A DNA stretch of 64,000 bases from an uncultured delta proteobacterium (GTDB lineage Bacteria; Myxococcota; Kuafuiibacteriia; Kuafuiibacteriales; Kuafuiibacteriaceae): the NCBI GenBank assembly GCA_963803435.1, contig CAWDML010000009.1, positions 544,001 to 608,000 on the forward strand, read 5' to 3'. Under the pieces are notes generated by a model that ran no database searches, was not told the origin of the DNA, and saw only the letters and a list, made by a program, of their open reading frames with translations. Positions 41,812-51,099 of the stretch are shown here, piece by piece; within the stretch, counting starts at the first letter, position 1, and every line of letters starts with the position of its first letter. Both the position numbers and the translations under genes were made by a program.

Positions 41812-43059
41812 ATGCCCCCGACCTACGGCGGTGCCGCGGCACGGGACCCTTCGCGCGAGGACCCGGATCTCACCGAGCGCTTCTCGGATCGGGCGCGTGC
41901 GCTCTTCTATGCGAGGCTTGCGTTCCTCGGAATCGGGCTGGCGGTGCTGGCGGTGCCCTCGTGGTCGAGCTATCTGGGCACCACCAGCTCGACCGCGTTC
42001 ATCATCTACTTCGCGGTCATCGGCTACTCGGTCGCGAACTTCCTGCTGATCGATCACCCGCGCTTCGGCCGGCCGCTGACGTTCGTGACGCTGGTCTTCG
42101 ACCTGACGGCGCTCGCGTCGATGATCATGCCGAGCGGCGGTCTCAAGTCGCCTCTGATGGCGGCGCATGTGCTGTTCACCATCTTCCTGGTGCTGCTCTT
42201 CCCGCGGATCTGGTCGGTGGTGCCCGCGCTGTTGATGCTGCCGATCGTGGCGCGCCTGGATCTGATCTTCCAGGAGGGCGCCATCGTGGCCCAGGGGCTG
42301 TTCCTGGTGGTCTGGTACACCACGCTCGCGATGATCGCGGCGTACGTGCTCCTCTATCTGAGCGCGCGCGACGAGAAGCGGAGCCGCCAGCTCAAGATGC
42401 TGTCGAAGGCGCACGAGGCTGCGATCATCACCGAGGAGCGACTGCGGCTGTCGCGCGAGATCCACGACGGCCTGGGCGGAAACCTCTCCACGCTGATCAT
42501 CCAGACCGAGTTCATCCAGCGCAAGGCGAAGGATCCGGAGCTCAAGCTCGAGATCACCGAGCTCAAGTCGCAGGCCGAGGAGGCGATCGAGGAGCTCCGG
42601 CGCTCGCTGACGATGATGCGGCGCGACTTCGACCTCCACAAGGCGCTCGAGGACTACGGCATGCGCTTCCAGGAGCGTTCCCGGGTCTGGTGCGCGGTCA
42701 AGGTCCGGGGACGGATCCGCCGGCTCCCCTCCGAGATGCAGCTGGCCGTCTTCCGGATCCTCCAGGAGTGCCTGACCAACATCCAGAAGCACGCCAACGC
42801 GAAGAACGCCGAGGTCCGCCTCAAGTACGACGGCGACATGGTCTCGCTGATCGTGCGCGACGACGGCCAGGGCTTCGACGCCTCCACGCTGCGGCGCGGC
42901 CATTACGGCCTCACCAACATCACCGAGCGTGCGAAGAAGTTCCGGGGCACCATCGACGTGCAATCCGCGCCCGGAGACGGCACGACCATCCATGTGACGC
43001 TGGTGATCCCGGCCGAGGGCTCCCACGTCGCCTTCTTGCCGGACATGGCGGAGGCCTGA
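41812..43059 (+). CDS. Membrane sensor histidine kinase (HisKA_3/NarX-like); no adjacent response regulator
   Basis: [49 protein letters not shown]. Confidence 0.92.
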   Translation: MPPTYGGAAARDPSREDPDLTERFSDRARALFYARLAFLGIGLAVLAVPSWSSYLGTTSSTAFIIYFAVIGYSVANFLLIDHPRFGRPLTFVTLVFDLTALASMIMPSGGLKSPLMAAHVLFTIFLVLLFPRIWSVVPALLMLPIVARLDLIFQEGAIVAQGLFLVVWYTTLAMIAAYVLLYLSARDEKRSRQLKMLSKAHEAAIITEERLRLSREIHDGLGGNLSTLIIQTEFIQRKAKDPELKLEITELKSQAEEAIEELRRSLTMMRRDFDLHKALEDYGMRFQERSRVWCAVKVRGRIRRLPSEMQLAVFRILQECLTNIQKHANAKNAEVRLKYDGDMVSLIVRDDGQGFDASTLRRGHYGLTNITERAKKFRGTIDVQSAPGDGTTIHVTLVIPAEGSHVAFLPDMAEA

Positions 43060-43073
43060 TTCAATCGAGGCGC

Positions 43074-43155
43074 GCCCCCTTGGCGGAAGCGGTAGACGCA
43101 GGCGACTTAAAATCGTCCGCCGGAAGGCATCCCGGTTCGAGTCCGGGAGGGGGCA
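43074..43155 (+). tRNA. tRNA-Leu(TAA); CCA not encoded
   Basis: Acceptor GCCCCCT/AGGGGGC, anticodon arm GGCGA-CTTAAAA-TCGTC, long variable arm, GGTTCGAGTCC. Confidence 0.93.
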
Positions 43156-43248
43156 ATCTCGCGGGATCGGGCCTGGAACGTCGGCGGGTCACCGGCCGGC
43201 AGGTCGGGGTTGACCTGACCTTTCCCGAAGCCGAGTCTCTCGGCCTGT

Positions 43249-43719
43249 TTGGGCGCCGATCTGGTCACTCTCATCTTCGCCGTCGCGGGTGGGCTGCTCC
43301 TCTTGAGCGAGCTGTTCGCCCCCGGCCTCGTCGCGCTCTTCCTGGGCGTGGCAGCGCTGGCGGTGGCGGGGATGCGCTGGGTGGGCGTCATCGACAGCGT
43401 GGTGGTCTCGGTGTTTGCGTGGATGGGGCTCTCGACCGGTCTCACCATCTCGCTCCGAAACATCGTGCGGAAGCGGCTCCCGAGCGTCGCGTGGAAACGG
43501 CTCACGGACGAGAACGTCCAGGCCGTGGGGCGGGTGGTCGAGGTGCTCGAAGAGGTCACCGAGGAGGACGGGTCGGGGCGCATTCGATATCAGGGGACGA
43601 CGTGGCCGGCGACCAGCGTTCACGGCGTCATTCCCAAGGGCGGCCGCGCCCAGCTCGTGGTGCGGCAGAATCTATCGTGGCTGGTGGAGCCCGTAACCGA
43701 GCTTCCCGAGGGGGACTGA
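43249..43719 (+). CDS. NfeD-family membrane protein
   Basis: LLLSELFAPG, TM helices, GRIRYQGTTWPA OB-fold; precedes the SPFH genes. Confidence 0.88.
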   Translation: MGADLVTLIFAVAGGLLLLSELFAPGLVALFLGVAALAVAGMRWVGVIDSVVVSVFAWMGLSTGLTISLRNIVRKRLPSVAWKRLTDENVQAVGRVVEVLEEVTEEDGSGRIRYQGTTWPATSVHGVIPKGGRAQLVVRQNLSWLVEPVTELPEGD

Positions 43720-43720
43720 C

Positions 43721-44647
43721 ATGGATTGGGTGTTCTTAGCTTTCACGATCGGTTTTCTCGTCGTGATCTTCTTCGTGACGAGGACCTTCATCGTCGTGCC
43801 GATGCGCGAGACCGTGGTGAAGGAGCGGCTCGGCAAGTTCGCCGGACAGCTCACGCCCGGCTTCCACTTCATGATCCCTTTCGTGGATCGGGCCGCGTAT
43901 CGCCAGGAGATGCGGGAGCAGGTCATCGACATCCCGCCGCAGACCTGCATCACCCGCGACAACATCCAGGTGGAGGTCGACGGCGTCGTCTATCTCAAGG
44001 TGGTCGACGCCGGGAAGGCCAGCTACGGCATCGGCAACTACCGGATCGCCAGCATCAACCTGGCGCAGACCACGATGCGCTCCGAGATCGGCAAGCTCAC
44101 CCTCGACGAGACCTTCTCCGAGCGCGAGCAGATCAACGATAACATCGTCCGCGAGATCGACAAGGCGAGCGATCCGTGGGGCATCAAGATGATCCGCTAC
44201 GAGATCCGCAACATCACGCCGTCGCCGCAGGTCATCCAGACGATGGAGAAGCAAATGGAGGCGGAGCGGAACAAGCGCGCCGCGATCACCGTGTCGACCG
44301 GGCAGCGCGAGGCGAAGATCCTGGTCTCCGAGGCCGAGCGCACCGAGGCGGTCAATCTCTCCGAGGGTGAGAAGCAGAAGCGCATCAACGAGGCCCAGGG
44401 CCGCGCCTCCGAGATCCGGCTGCTCGCGAACGCGCAGGCGGAGAGCGTCCGGTTGATCGCCGGCGCGATCCAGAAGCCGGGCGGCGACCTGGCGGTGAAG
44501 AGCCAGCTGATGGAGCAGTACCTGACCGAGCTGGGCCGGATCCTGTCGGTCTCGCGGGTGTCCGTGCTGCCGACGCAGGTCGCGAGCCTGCGCGGGCTCA
44601 TGGACGGGATCGCCCGCGTCGCGGACGGAATGGGAGGCAAGCGATGA
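43721..44647 (+). CDS. SPFH/paraslipin (band 7) protein 1
   Basis: ERLGKF..LTPGFHFMIPFVDR, ITRDN, LAQTTMRSEIG, QMEAERNKRA. Confidence 0.93.
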   Translation: MDWVFLAFTIGFLVVIFFVTRTFIVVPMRETVVKERLGKFAGQLTPGFHFMIPFVDRAAYRQEMREQVIDIPPQTCITRDNIQVEVDGVVYLKVVDAGKASYGIGNYRIASINLAQTTMRSEIGKLTLDETFSEREQINDNIVREIDKASDPWGIKMIRYEIRNITPSPQVIQTMEKQMEAERNKRAAITVSTGQREAKILVSEAERTEAVNLSEGEKQKRINEAQGRASEIRLLANAQAESVRLIAGAIQKPGGDLAVKSQLMEQYLTELGRILSVSRVSVLPTQVASLRGLMDGIARVADGMGGKR

Positions 44648-45621
44648 CGACGATGATCGCCAGCGGAATCTGGGTCCTGATGTTCCTCTATACGGCCGTC
44701 AAGTTCATGCAGTGCCTCCGGATGGTACCGACGCAGCAGGCCTACATCGTCGAGCGGCTCGGCAAGTATCACCAGACGCTGGGCCCGGGCTTTCACATTC
44801 TGACGCCGTTCCTCGACAAGATCGCGTACATCCGCGACCTCAAGGAGGAGGCGATCGACGTCCCGCCGCAGGACTGCTTCACGAAGGACAACGTGAAGGT
44901 GGAGGTCGACGGCATCCTCTACATCAGCGTGGTCAACCCGGAGAACGCCAGCTACGGCGTCACGCACTACAAGTTCGCGGCGATCCAGCTGGCGCAGACC
45001 ACCACGCGCTCGATCATCGGCACGCTCGAGCTCGACCGCACCTTCGAGGAGCGCGACGTCGTCAACGCCCGCGTGGTCGGTGTGCTCAACGAGGTCAGCG
45101 CCGAGTGGGGCATCCGCGTGCACCGCTACGAGGTGAAGAACATCGTCCCGCCGCTCACGGTCCGGGAGGCGATGGAGCGGCAGATGGGCGCCGAGCGCGA
45201 TCGACGCGCGACGATGGCCCGCGCCGAGGGCGAGGCGCAGACGCGGATCAACGAGTCCGAGGGCCGGATGCGCGAGATGATCAATCGCTCCGAGGGCGAG
45301 ATGCAGCGGCGCGTGAACGAGGCCGAGGGCAAGGCTCAGGAGGTCCTGGCGCTGGCGCGTGCGACGGCCGAGTCGATCGAGAAGGTAGGCCTGGCGCTGT
45401 CTCAGCCCGGCGGCATCAAGGCGACCAACCTGCGGCTCGCGCAGCAGTACGTGTCCAAGCTGGGCAGCTTGGCGCAGCCGCAGACCACGGTGATGTTGCC
45501 GTCGGATCTGAGCGGCGTCGACGCGCTCCTCGGCGCCGTCACCCTGGGGGAGCCCGACGGGCGTCCGGTCCGGTCGCGGCTCGGCGACACCGTGCCCGCG
45601 GCGCCTGCGCGCGGAGACTGA
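44644..45621 (+). CDS. SPFH/paraslipin (band 7) protein 2
   Basis: ERLGKY, TKDNVKVEVDG, LAQTTTRS, QMGAERDRRA. Confidence 0.93.
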   Translation: MTTMIASGIWVLMFLYTAVKFMQCLRMVPTQQAYIVERLGKYHQTLGPGFHILTPFLDKIAYIRDLKEEAIDVPPQDCFTKDNVKVEVDGILYISVVNPENASYGVTHYKFAAIQLAQTTTRSIIGTLELDRTFEERDVVNARVVGVLNEVSAEWGIRVHRYEVKNIVPPLTVREAMERQMGAERDRRATMARAEGEAQTRINESEGRMREMINRSEGEMQRRVNEAEGKAQEVLALARATAESIEKVGLALSQPGGIKATNLRLAQQYVSKLGSLAQPQTTVMLPSDLSGVDALLGAVTLGEPDGRPVRSRLGDTVPAAPARGD

Positions 45622-45729
45622 CGCCGATCGCACGCCGTGCGCGCCCGTGTCACACTCCGCGACAGGGCGCGGCCTCGGGTGACGGCGCCTGTGTCACGAT
45701 CCGAACGCTTCGTGCATGATGCGAGGCGC

Positions 45730-46038
45730 GTGAACGCCTGGGACGAGAGCCTCAACCGCCTGAACGACGATGCCTATCTTTGGTGGCCGATCGACTTCAT
45801 TCGGCCGAAGAAGCACGCGCCGATGACCGCGCGCGTGGTGCTCGTGATCGCCGTCCTCTACGGCGTGCTCGGCGGCATGATCGCCAACATCGTGTTTGCG
45901 CTGGCCGGGAGCGGTCTGGCCCGCCAGCCGTACATCCTTCCGCTCGCCGTGCCGGCGGCGTGGTTCGTGGTGCATCGACTGACCCTGGCGCGCGCCTGGA
46001 ACCGCCGTGCGGCCCGGCTCGCCGCCCACCGCTCCTGA
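45730..46038 (+). CDS. Small hypothetical membrane protein
   Basis: WWPIDFIRP followed by two TM helices; start uncertain (45637 or 45730). Confidence 0.65.
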   Translation: MNAWDESLNRLNDDAYLWWPIDFIRPKKHAPMTARVVLVIAVLYGVLGGMIANIVFALAGSGLARQPYILPLAVPAAWFVVHRLTLARAWNRRAARLAAHRS

Positions 46039-46117
46039 CTCCGTGCTGGCGCAGCCCCGCGTCGACAGCTCGCAGCTCGCAGCCGTCCGGCTCGGATCGA
46101 ACGCCCACGCGGAGCGC

Positions 46118-46201
46118 TCAACGCTCCTGCTCGACCTTCGTGCGGAATCTGTAGAGCATCCGGCTGATCTCGTCGATCTCGGCGATCAAGCGCCCATTTG
46201 G
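46118..46201 (-). pseudogene. Possible C-terminal remnant of a four-helix-bundle (23S rRNA IVS-like) gene
   Basis: PNGRLIAEIDEISRMLYRFRTKVEQER*; nearby (CAGCTCG)x2.6 heptamer repeat at 46066-46083. Confidence 0.3.
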
Positions 46202-46280
46202 TCACGCCTCTCTTGGCGCAGGTCTCCTCGCGTCGCGAATCAGATGCCCAGGAGGGGCACAAACCGCTAAGCTCCGGCCG

Positions 46281-46613
46281 ATGTTCGAGCGCGACTTCCT
46301 CATGCGCGAGGTCAAGCAGATCGTCGAGCTGATCGCGAAGATCGCGCGGCTCAAGAGCGAGTCGAAGCTGGAGGCCGCGCTCGGTGAGATCAACGCGGCC
46401 TACGATCGGCTCGGGATCAAGAAGAGCATGCTCGACTATCTCGACGCGGGATCGCTCGCTCGAATGATCGGCTCTCCGGAGGCGCTGGCGGCGGTGGGAG
46501 CGTTGATGGCGGAGGAGGCGGCGATCCTGGAGGCGGAGGGCGATCCGCGGGCCGAGGCCAAGCGACAGCGGGCGGAGGTGTTGATCGCCGCCGGGACCGT
46601 CGATCAGGGCTGA
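46281..46613 (+). CDS. Hypothetical helical protein (DUF6483-like)
   Basis: MFERDFLMREVKQIVELIAKI N-terminus. Confidence 0.7.
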   Translation: MFERDFLMREVKQIVELIAKIARLKSESKLEAALGEINAAYDRLGIKKSMLDYLDAGSLARMIGSPEALAAVGALMAEEAAILEAEGDPRAEAKRQRAEVLIAAGTVDQG

Positions 46614-46936
46614 CGTTCGCGATCGAACACGCAGGCCGCGTGACCGAGCACGGAGGGTCCGTCCCGGAGCGCCGTCGGCGTGGGCCGCCATCCTCGCGAG
46701 AGCCGCGCCTCGAGGAGCTCGTCCGCCGTCGGCGGGTGATCCCACACGGCGACCGCCGTGACCGCGCCGAGTCAGGTGGTGTCGAAGACCAGGTGGGTCT
46801 CGCCCTCGTGGCGCACCACGACGTCGTGCGTGTACTCGTCCTGAACCACCACGTCGACGATGGGCTTCGGCGGGGTCGCGGCGCCGGCCCACCGGATGAC
46901 GGCCTCCAGGGTTCGAAGCGGCGGCAGCTCGGGCAT
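46604..46936 (-). CDS. Putative selenoprotein, 110 aa, TGA (Sec) at codon 55
   Basis: MPELPPLRTLEAVIRW...VVVQDEYTHDVVVRHEGETHLVFDTT-TGA(46772-46774)-LGAVTAVAVWDHPPTADELLEARLSRGWRPTPTALRDGPSVLGHAACVFDRERQP*; 47 of 55 codons after the TGA end in G/C; SECIS-like hairpin follows. Confidence 0.72.
46745..46760 (-). promoter_or_regulatory. Bacterial SECIS-like hairpin
   Basis: CACGGC-GGUC-GCCGUG starting 11 nt after the in-frame UGA; apical loop starts with GG. Confidence 0.65.
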
Positions 46937-46982
46937 CCTTCCACCAACCCGCGCCTGGGCGCGGGCGATTCCGCTCGCCGTC

Positions 46983-47010
46983 GAAAAGACCGGAGGCCGG
47001 ACTCAGTACG
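46983..47010 (+). repeat. Left copy of a 28-bp inverted repeat (possible ECF promoter or cassette end)
   Basis: GAAAAGACCGGAGGCCGGACTCAGTACG; 25/28 identical to the reverse complement of 53544-53571. Confidence 0.85.
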
Positions 47011-47051
47011 CTCATGGGGTGCACCGGAGCGATCGTGTATGTTCGGGCGTG

Positions 47052-47789
47052 GTGAGCGACGCCGATCACGATCTCCGGCTAGAGGAGGCCATGAGGCGTG
47101 AACCTCGAACGGTCGGGGCGCACATCGACGACGGCGTTCTGCTTCGATACCGGGCCCAGCAGCTCGACGCGGAGACGGAGCGCGGGATCGACGAGCATCT
47201 CGCCACCTGTAGTGAGTGTCGGGCCCTGTTGCTGGCCCTCGCGGAGCCGGTCGCGGAGAAGCAGCGCAGCTGGGCCCAGGCCGAGCTGAGCGCGGCCCGC
47301 CGCGGCCGGTGGATCGGGCTGGCCGCGGGCCTCGCCGCGGTGGCGGCGGTGCTCCTGTTCGTCCTCCTCCGCCCGCCGCCCCGCGACTTCGCCGAGTACC
47401 GGCTCGACGGCCTCCACGGCCTGGTCAAGGTCGAGCGCGCCGCCTCCGCGCCCCAGACCGATCGCGTCACCCCCGACAGCCACATCAACCTCCGCCTCCT
47501 CCCGCCCGAGCCGAAGGACGAGGTCCTGGCCGCCGGCGTGTTCGCCGTGGCCGGCGGCAAGCTCACCCGCGTCCCTGCCCAGATCCGCCAGCGCCGCGGT
47601 GTCTTCGCCGTCGAGGTCGGTGGACGTGACCTCTTCGGGACCACGTACGGCCCGCGCCGGATGGTCGTGGTGCTCGCCGGTGACGAGGCTGCGCTCGCAG
47701 CCCTCGACGGCGCCTCCGCTACTTCCTCGGGTCCCGGCCTCCGCGCCTGGAGCTTCGATCTGACCTACGAAGCCGGAGGGCTCGAGTGA
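47052..47789 (+). CDS. Zinc-finger (zf-HC2) transmembrane anti-sigma factor
   Basis: EHLATCSECR (HxxxCxxC), single TM WIGLAAGLAAVAAVLLFVLL, C-terminal extracytoplasmic domain; start 47052 or 47091. Confidence 0.85.
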   Translation: MSDADHDLRLEEAMRREPRTVGAHIDDGVLLRYRAQQLDAETERGIDEHLATCSECRALLLALAEPVAEKQRSWAQAELSAARRGRWIGLAAGLAAVAAVLLFVLLRPPPRDFAEYRLDGLHGLVKVERAASAPQTDRVTPDSHINLRLLPPEPKDEVLAAGVFAVAGGKLTRVPAQIRQRRGVFAVEVGGRDLFGTTYGPRRMVVVLAGDEAALAALDGASATSSGPGLRAWSFDLTYEAGGLE

Positions 47790-48401
47790 GCGAGGACGGC
47801 GCCCTCGAGCTGATCCAAAAGGCGCGCGCCGGCCAATCCCAGGCGGCCCGCGTCCTGGTGGAGCGCCTCATGCCGGTGGTGCAGGCTCGCGTGCAGCGCC
47901 GCCTCGCCCGCACGGGCGGCCGCATCGGCGCCTACGATCGCGACGACCTGGTCCAGGAGATCTCGGGTCGCCCTGGTGAAGGACCAGCTCCGCGTCCTCG
48001 GGGCCTATGATCCCACCCGCGGCGCCAGCCTCGAGGGCTACGTCGGCATGATCGCCGAGCGCGAGCTCGGCAACATCCGCCAGAAGGAGCTCGACGCCCA
48101 GAAGCGCAAGACCAACACCCTCGCGATCGCCGTCGATCGGATCGATGAGGTCGCCCGCTCCACCGACTCCCCCGAGGAGAACCTCGAGGGCCGCCGCCTC
48201 TCCGAGCAGCTCGGCGTCTACCTCGAGGCGCAGCTCCCGCCCAAGGGGCGGATGATCTGCCGCTACGTGTACGGTGATCATGCGCCGATCGAGCGGATCT
48301 CGGAGATCCTCGGCGTCTCCCGGCAGGTGGTCTACAACTGGCAGCACCGGATCCGGAAGCTGGCGCAGGAGTTCTTCGAGCGGCAGCGCGCGGCGACGTG
48401 A
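47786..48401 (+). CDS. ECF RNA polymerase sigma factor; +1 frameshift near 47964
   Basis: LIQKARAG, DRDDLVQEI[W]VAL, YDPTRGASLEGYVGMIA, region 4 ISEILGVSRQVVYNWQHRIRK. Confidence 0.85.
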
Positions 48402-48449
48402 GATCGGGCTCGGGTGACGGAGGTCCGCCGCGGGTGCTAGACAGGCCGC

Positions 48450-51099
48450 GTGTCCAAGCCGTTCGCGCTGGCACTGCTCCTGGCGGTTGGATGCGACCGG
48501 TGTGACGGGACCGCGATCTCTCTCGAGGATGTCGAGCTCCTCGGCTATCGAGAGCTCGCTCGGCGCTCCGACGGCGTCCTCGTCTACGTGTTCGACGAGG
48601 CCTGGTCTCCGCGGCTCCGGATCGATGCACCGCCCAACCTCGAGCTGGCGCTGGTTCTTGCGACCGCGGACGAAGAGCGGCGGGTTGCCGAGTCCGGTCG
48701 AAAGCGCAGGGATGATCGCACGCTGATCTCTTACCGGCTCCCCACCGAGACGCCCGCGATGGGCGATCTGACGCTGGTCGCTCGAGATGCGCAGGGCCGT
48801 CCGCTCCAAAGCTGGCCGGCGCGCTGGGACGGCCGGCCCTCGCAGCGGCCCGAGGTCCGGGCGGTGGTCGAGCTTCGGGAGACCGACCGCGCTGCCGCGA
48901 TCGAAAGGGCGATGGCGTCGTCGGATCCGTGGGTCTGCAGCGAGGCGGTGGCGACGTACCGCTTCGGGAACCAGCTCGACGCCGCCATCACGGCGACGAT
49001 GCATTGCGCCGAGGTCGCCGGTGCCGCCGGGCTCGTCACAGAGCAAAGCCGTCATCTTCGGGCAGCCGCATACATGCTGCGCGAGCGACGCCGTTATCGG
49101 GAGTCGATCGCGCTCCTCGACCGAGCCGAGCGAGAGGATCGCGAGGTGGGCAACGCGCGCGGCCTGCTCTTGGCCGATTACTATCGCGGCACGATCGGGT
49201 GGGTCACCGGTGACTACCGGGCGGCGCGACTCAACCTGGCGCAGGCCATCGATCTGGGGTGGCGGCTCGGCTACGACGCCGACGCCGCCAACGCTCAGAG
49301 CGCGCTCGCGCTGTGGTACCTGGAGCACGGATTGGTCGACCGCGCGCTCGAGCAAGCCGAGCTGGCGGTGCGCGTTCTCTCGAGGCCCGAGTCTTCTCCC
49401 GTCTGGCACGCAGTGGCCGAGGAGGATCTGGCGTGGGTGCTTGCTTCGGCCGCGTGTGCCCGCGACGACGCGCGCTGTCTCGCGCGCGCCCGCTCGCTCC
49501 AGTCCCACGCGCGGGACGTCTTCGAGCGATCCCGAGAGGCAGGGCAGCTCGCCATTGCGCGCCTCAACCTCTCATACCTCTCGTTCCTCGAAGGGGACCT
49601 CGAGGCGGCCAAGTCGGAGCTCCTGGACCTCGACCCGGCCGCGCTCGGAGCGCAGGAGGTCTTCCGGCTGATCCTCTCCGCGGAGGTTGCGCTCGCGGAA
49701 GGATCGAAGGCCGAGGCGGTCGAGAAGGCCCGCGCGGCCGTCGACGCTGCCCGCGCGGCCAGAGAGGTCGACTATCGGTGGCGCGCCGTCCAGTCCCTCG
49801 GCCGGGCCCTCGAGGCGTCGGGTGAGCGCGACCAGGCGATCGAGCAGTACCTCCACGGGGTCGACCTCGTCGAGGAGAGCGTCCGCAACAGTCCGATTCG
49901 AGAGGGACGGGCGGCCTTCGTTCACGAGCGCCGTGGCCTCTATCAGGATGCGGTCGCGTTGCTGCTCGAAGGCGGTCGCGTCGCGGAGGCCTTCGCGATC
50001 GCTGATCGGTCGCAGAGTCGGGTCCTCCGCGATCTCGAGCTCGATCTTCGCGCCTCGCGGCTCGATGAAGAGCAGCGAGCTCGATTCCTTGAGCTCCTGG
50101 AGGTCGGCCGGAGAGGACGGGACGAGCTCGCGCGCGCCGCCGCGCAGCAGAGCGTCCTCGTGGGCACCGAGCTCGCGAAGGCCCGGGCTCGCCAGGCCCA
50201 GCTGGCGAGAGAGCAGGCTTCGACCTTCGAGTCGATGGTCGAGCTGCTCGACCAGCACGCCACCCCAGCGGTCTCGACGGCCCCGGCACCACGCCTCGAG
50301 GACCATGAGGCGCTCATCGAGGTCTTCGAGGGTCGAGATGCATCCGCTCTTCTTTCTACGTGACCGCCTGCGAACGCAGGTGTTCGACCAGGAGCCGGAC
50401 CTCCTGAAGACGCTGAGCGCTCGCGATGACGTCGCCCACCTCTACGTGGTGGACGGATCGGATCAGCCGCGACTTGCGGCGACGACCCTCGTCGCCGGGC
50501 AGCCCCTCTTCGCCCGGTTCACCATGAGCTATCTGCCGGCGGCGTCGTTCCTGGCGGAGCTCCCCGATCCGCACGTCGGCCCGCCGTTGGTGGTCGTCGA
50601 TCCAGGCTCCGATCTGCCAGCGACTCGAGCCGAAGGGCTCGCCGCCGGCTCGCGTCTCTCCCAGCCCGAGGTCCTGGTGGGTGCGAAGGCTGATCGACGT
50701 TCGGTTCTGAACGCGATGCAGAGGGATCGGTCGCTCTTTCACTTTGCAGGTCACGGCGTGCTCGTCGGTGCGGATCCCTGGGCGGCGCACCTGTCGCTGG
50801 CGGGTGGCGACGAGCTGACCGTGGAGGACATTCTGCTCGCCCGAGGCCATTCGCGGGTTGTGGTGTTGAACGCCTGCGAGGGGGGGCGGGCGGTGGGGCC
50901 CGAGCGGATGAGCGTCGCCCACGCCTTCCTGCTTGCGGGGGCCCGCACGGTGATCGCGGCGAGTCGGACGGTGGACGATCGCGGTGCTCAGCGGATCATG
51001 ACCGAGCTGTACCGGGCCGGGCTGGCCGAGGATCCGATCAAGGCCGTTCAGCGGGTGCCGGCGAGCTGGGAGATGCTGCGGGTCTACGGGCGGCCGTGA
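48450..51099 (+). CDS. Lipoprotein TPR-CHAT (caspase-like) protease; +1 frameshift near 50340
   Basis: Lipobox LAVGC; TPR-like helices; AEAFAIADRSQSR; DLPATRAE, FHFAGHG and VVLNACEG (His/Cys dyad), AFLLAGARTVIAA, VDD. Confidence 0.88.

Noticed and set aside
43074-43155. Possible tRNA-Sec near the selenoprotein candidate
   Set aside because: The anticodon is TAA, not TCA, and the acceptor stem is a standard 7 bp
46202-46204. A second in-frame TGA as another Sec codon
   Set aside because: The upstream frame does not look coding and no convincing SECIS-like hairpin follows
46937-47015. N-terminal extension of the Sec gene to ATG 47015 by repairing GATTC at 46967
   Set aside because: Frame-compatible, but the codons are poor and it would run through the 28-bp repeat; ATG 46936 preferred, extension not excluded
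47960-50345. Programmed frameshifting or phase variation in the sigma and CHAT genes
   Set aside because: No slippery run or simple repeat; same GATC-linked +1 pattern as in unrelated genes
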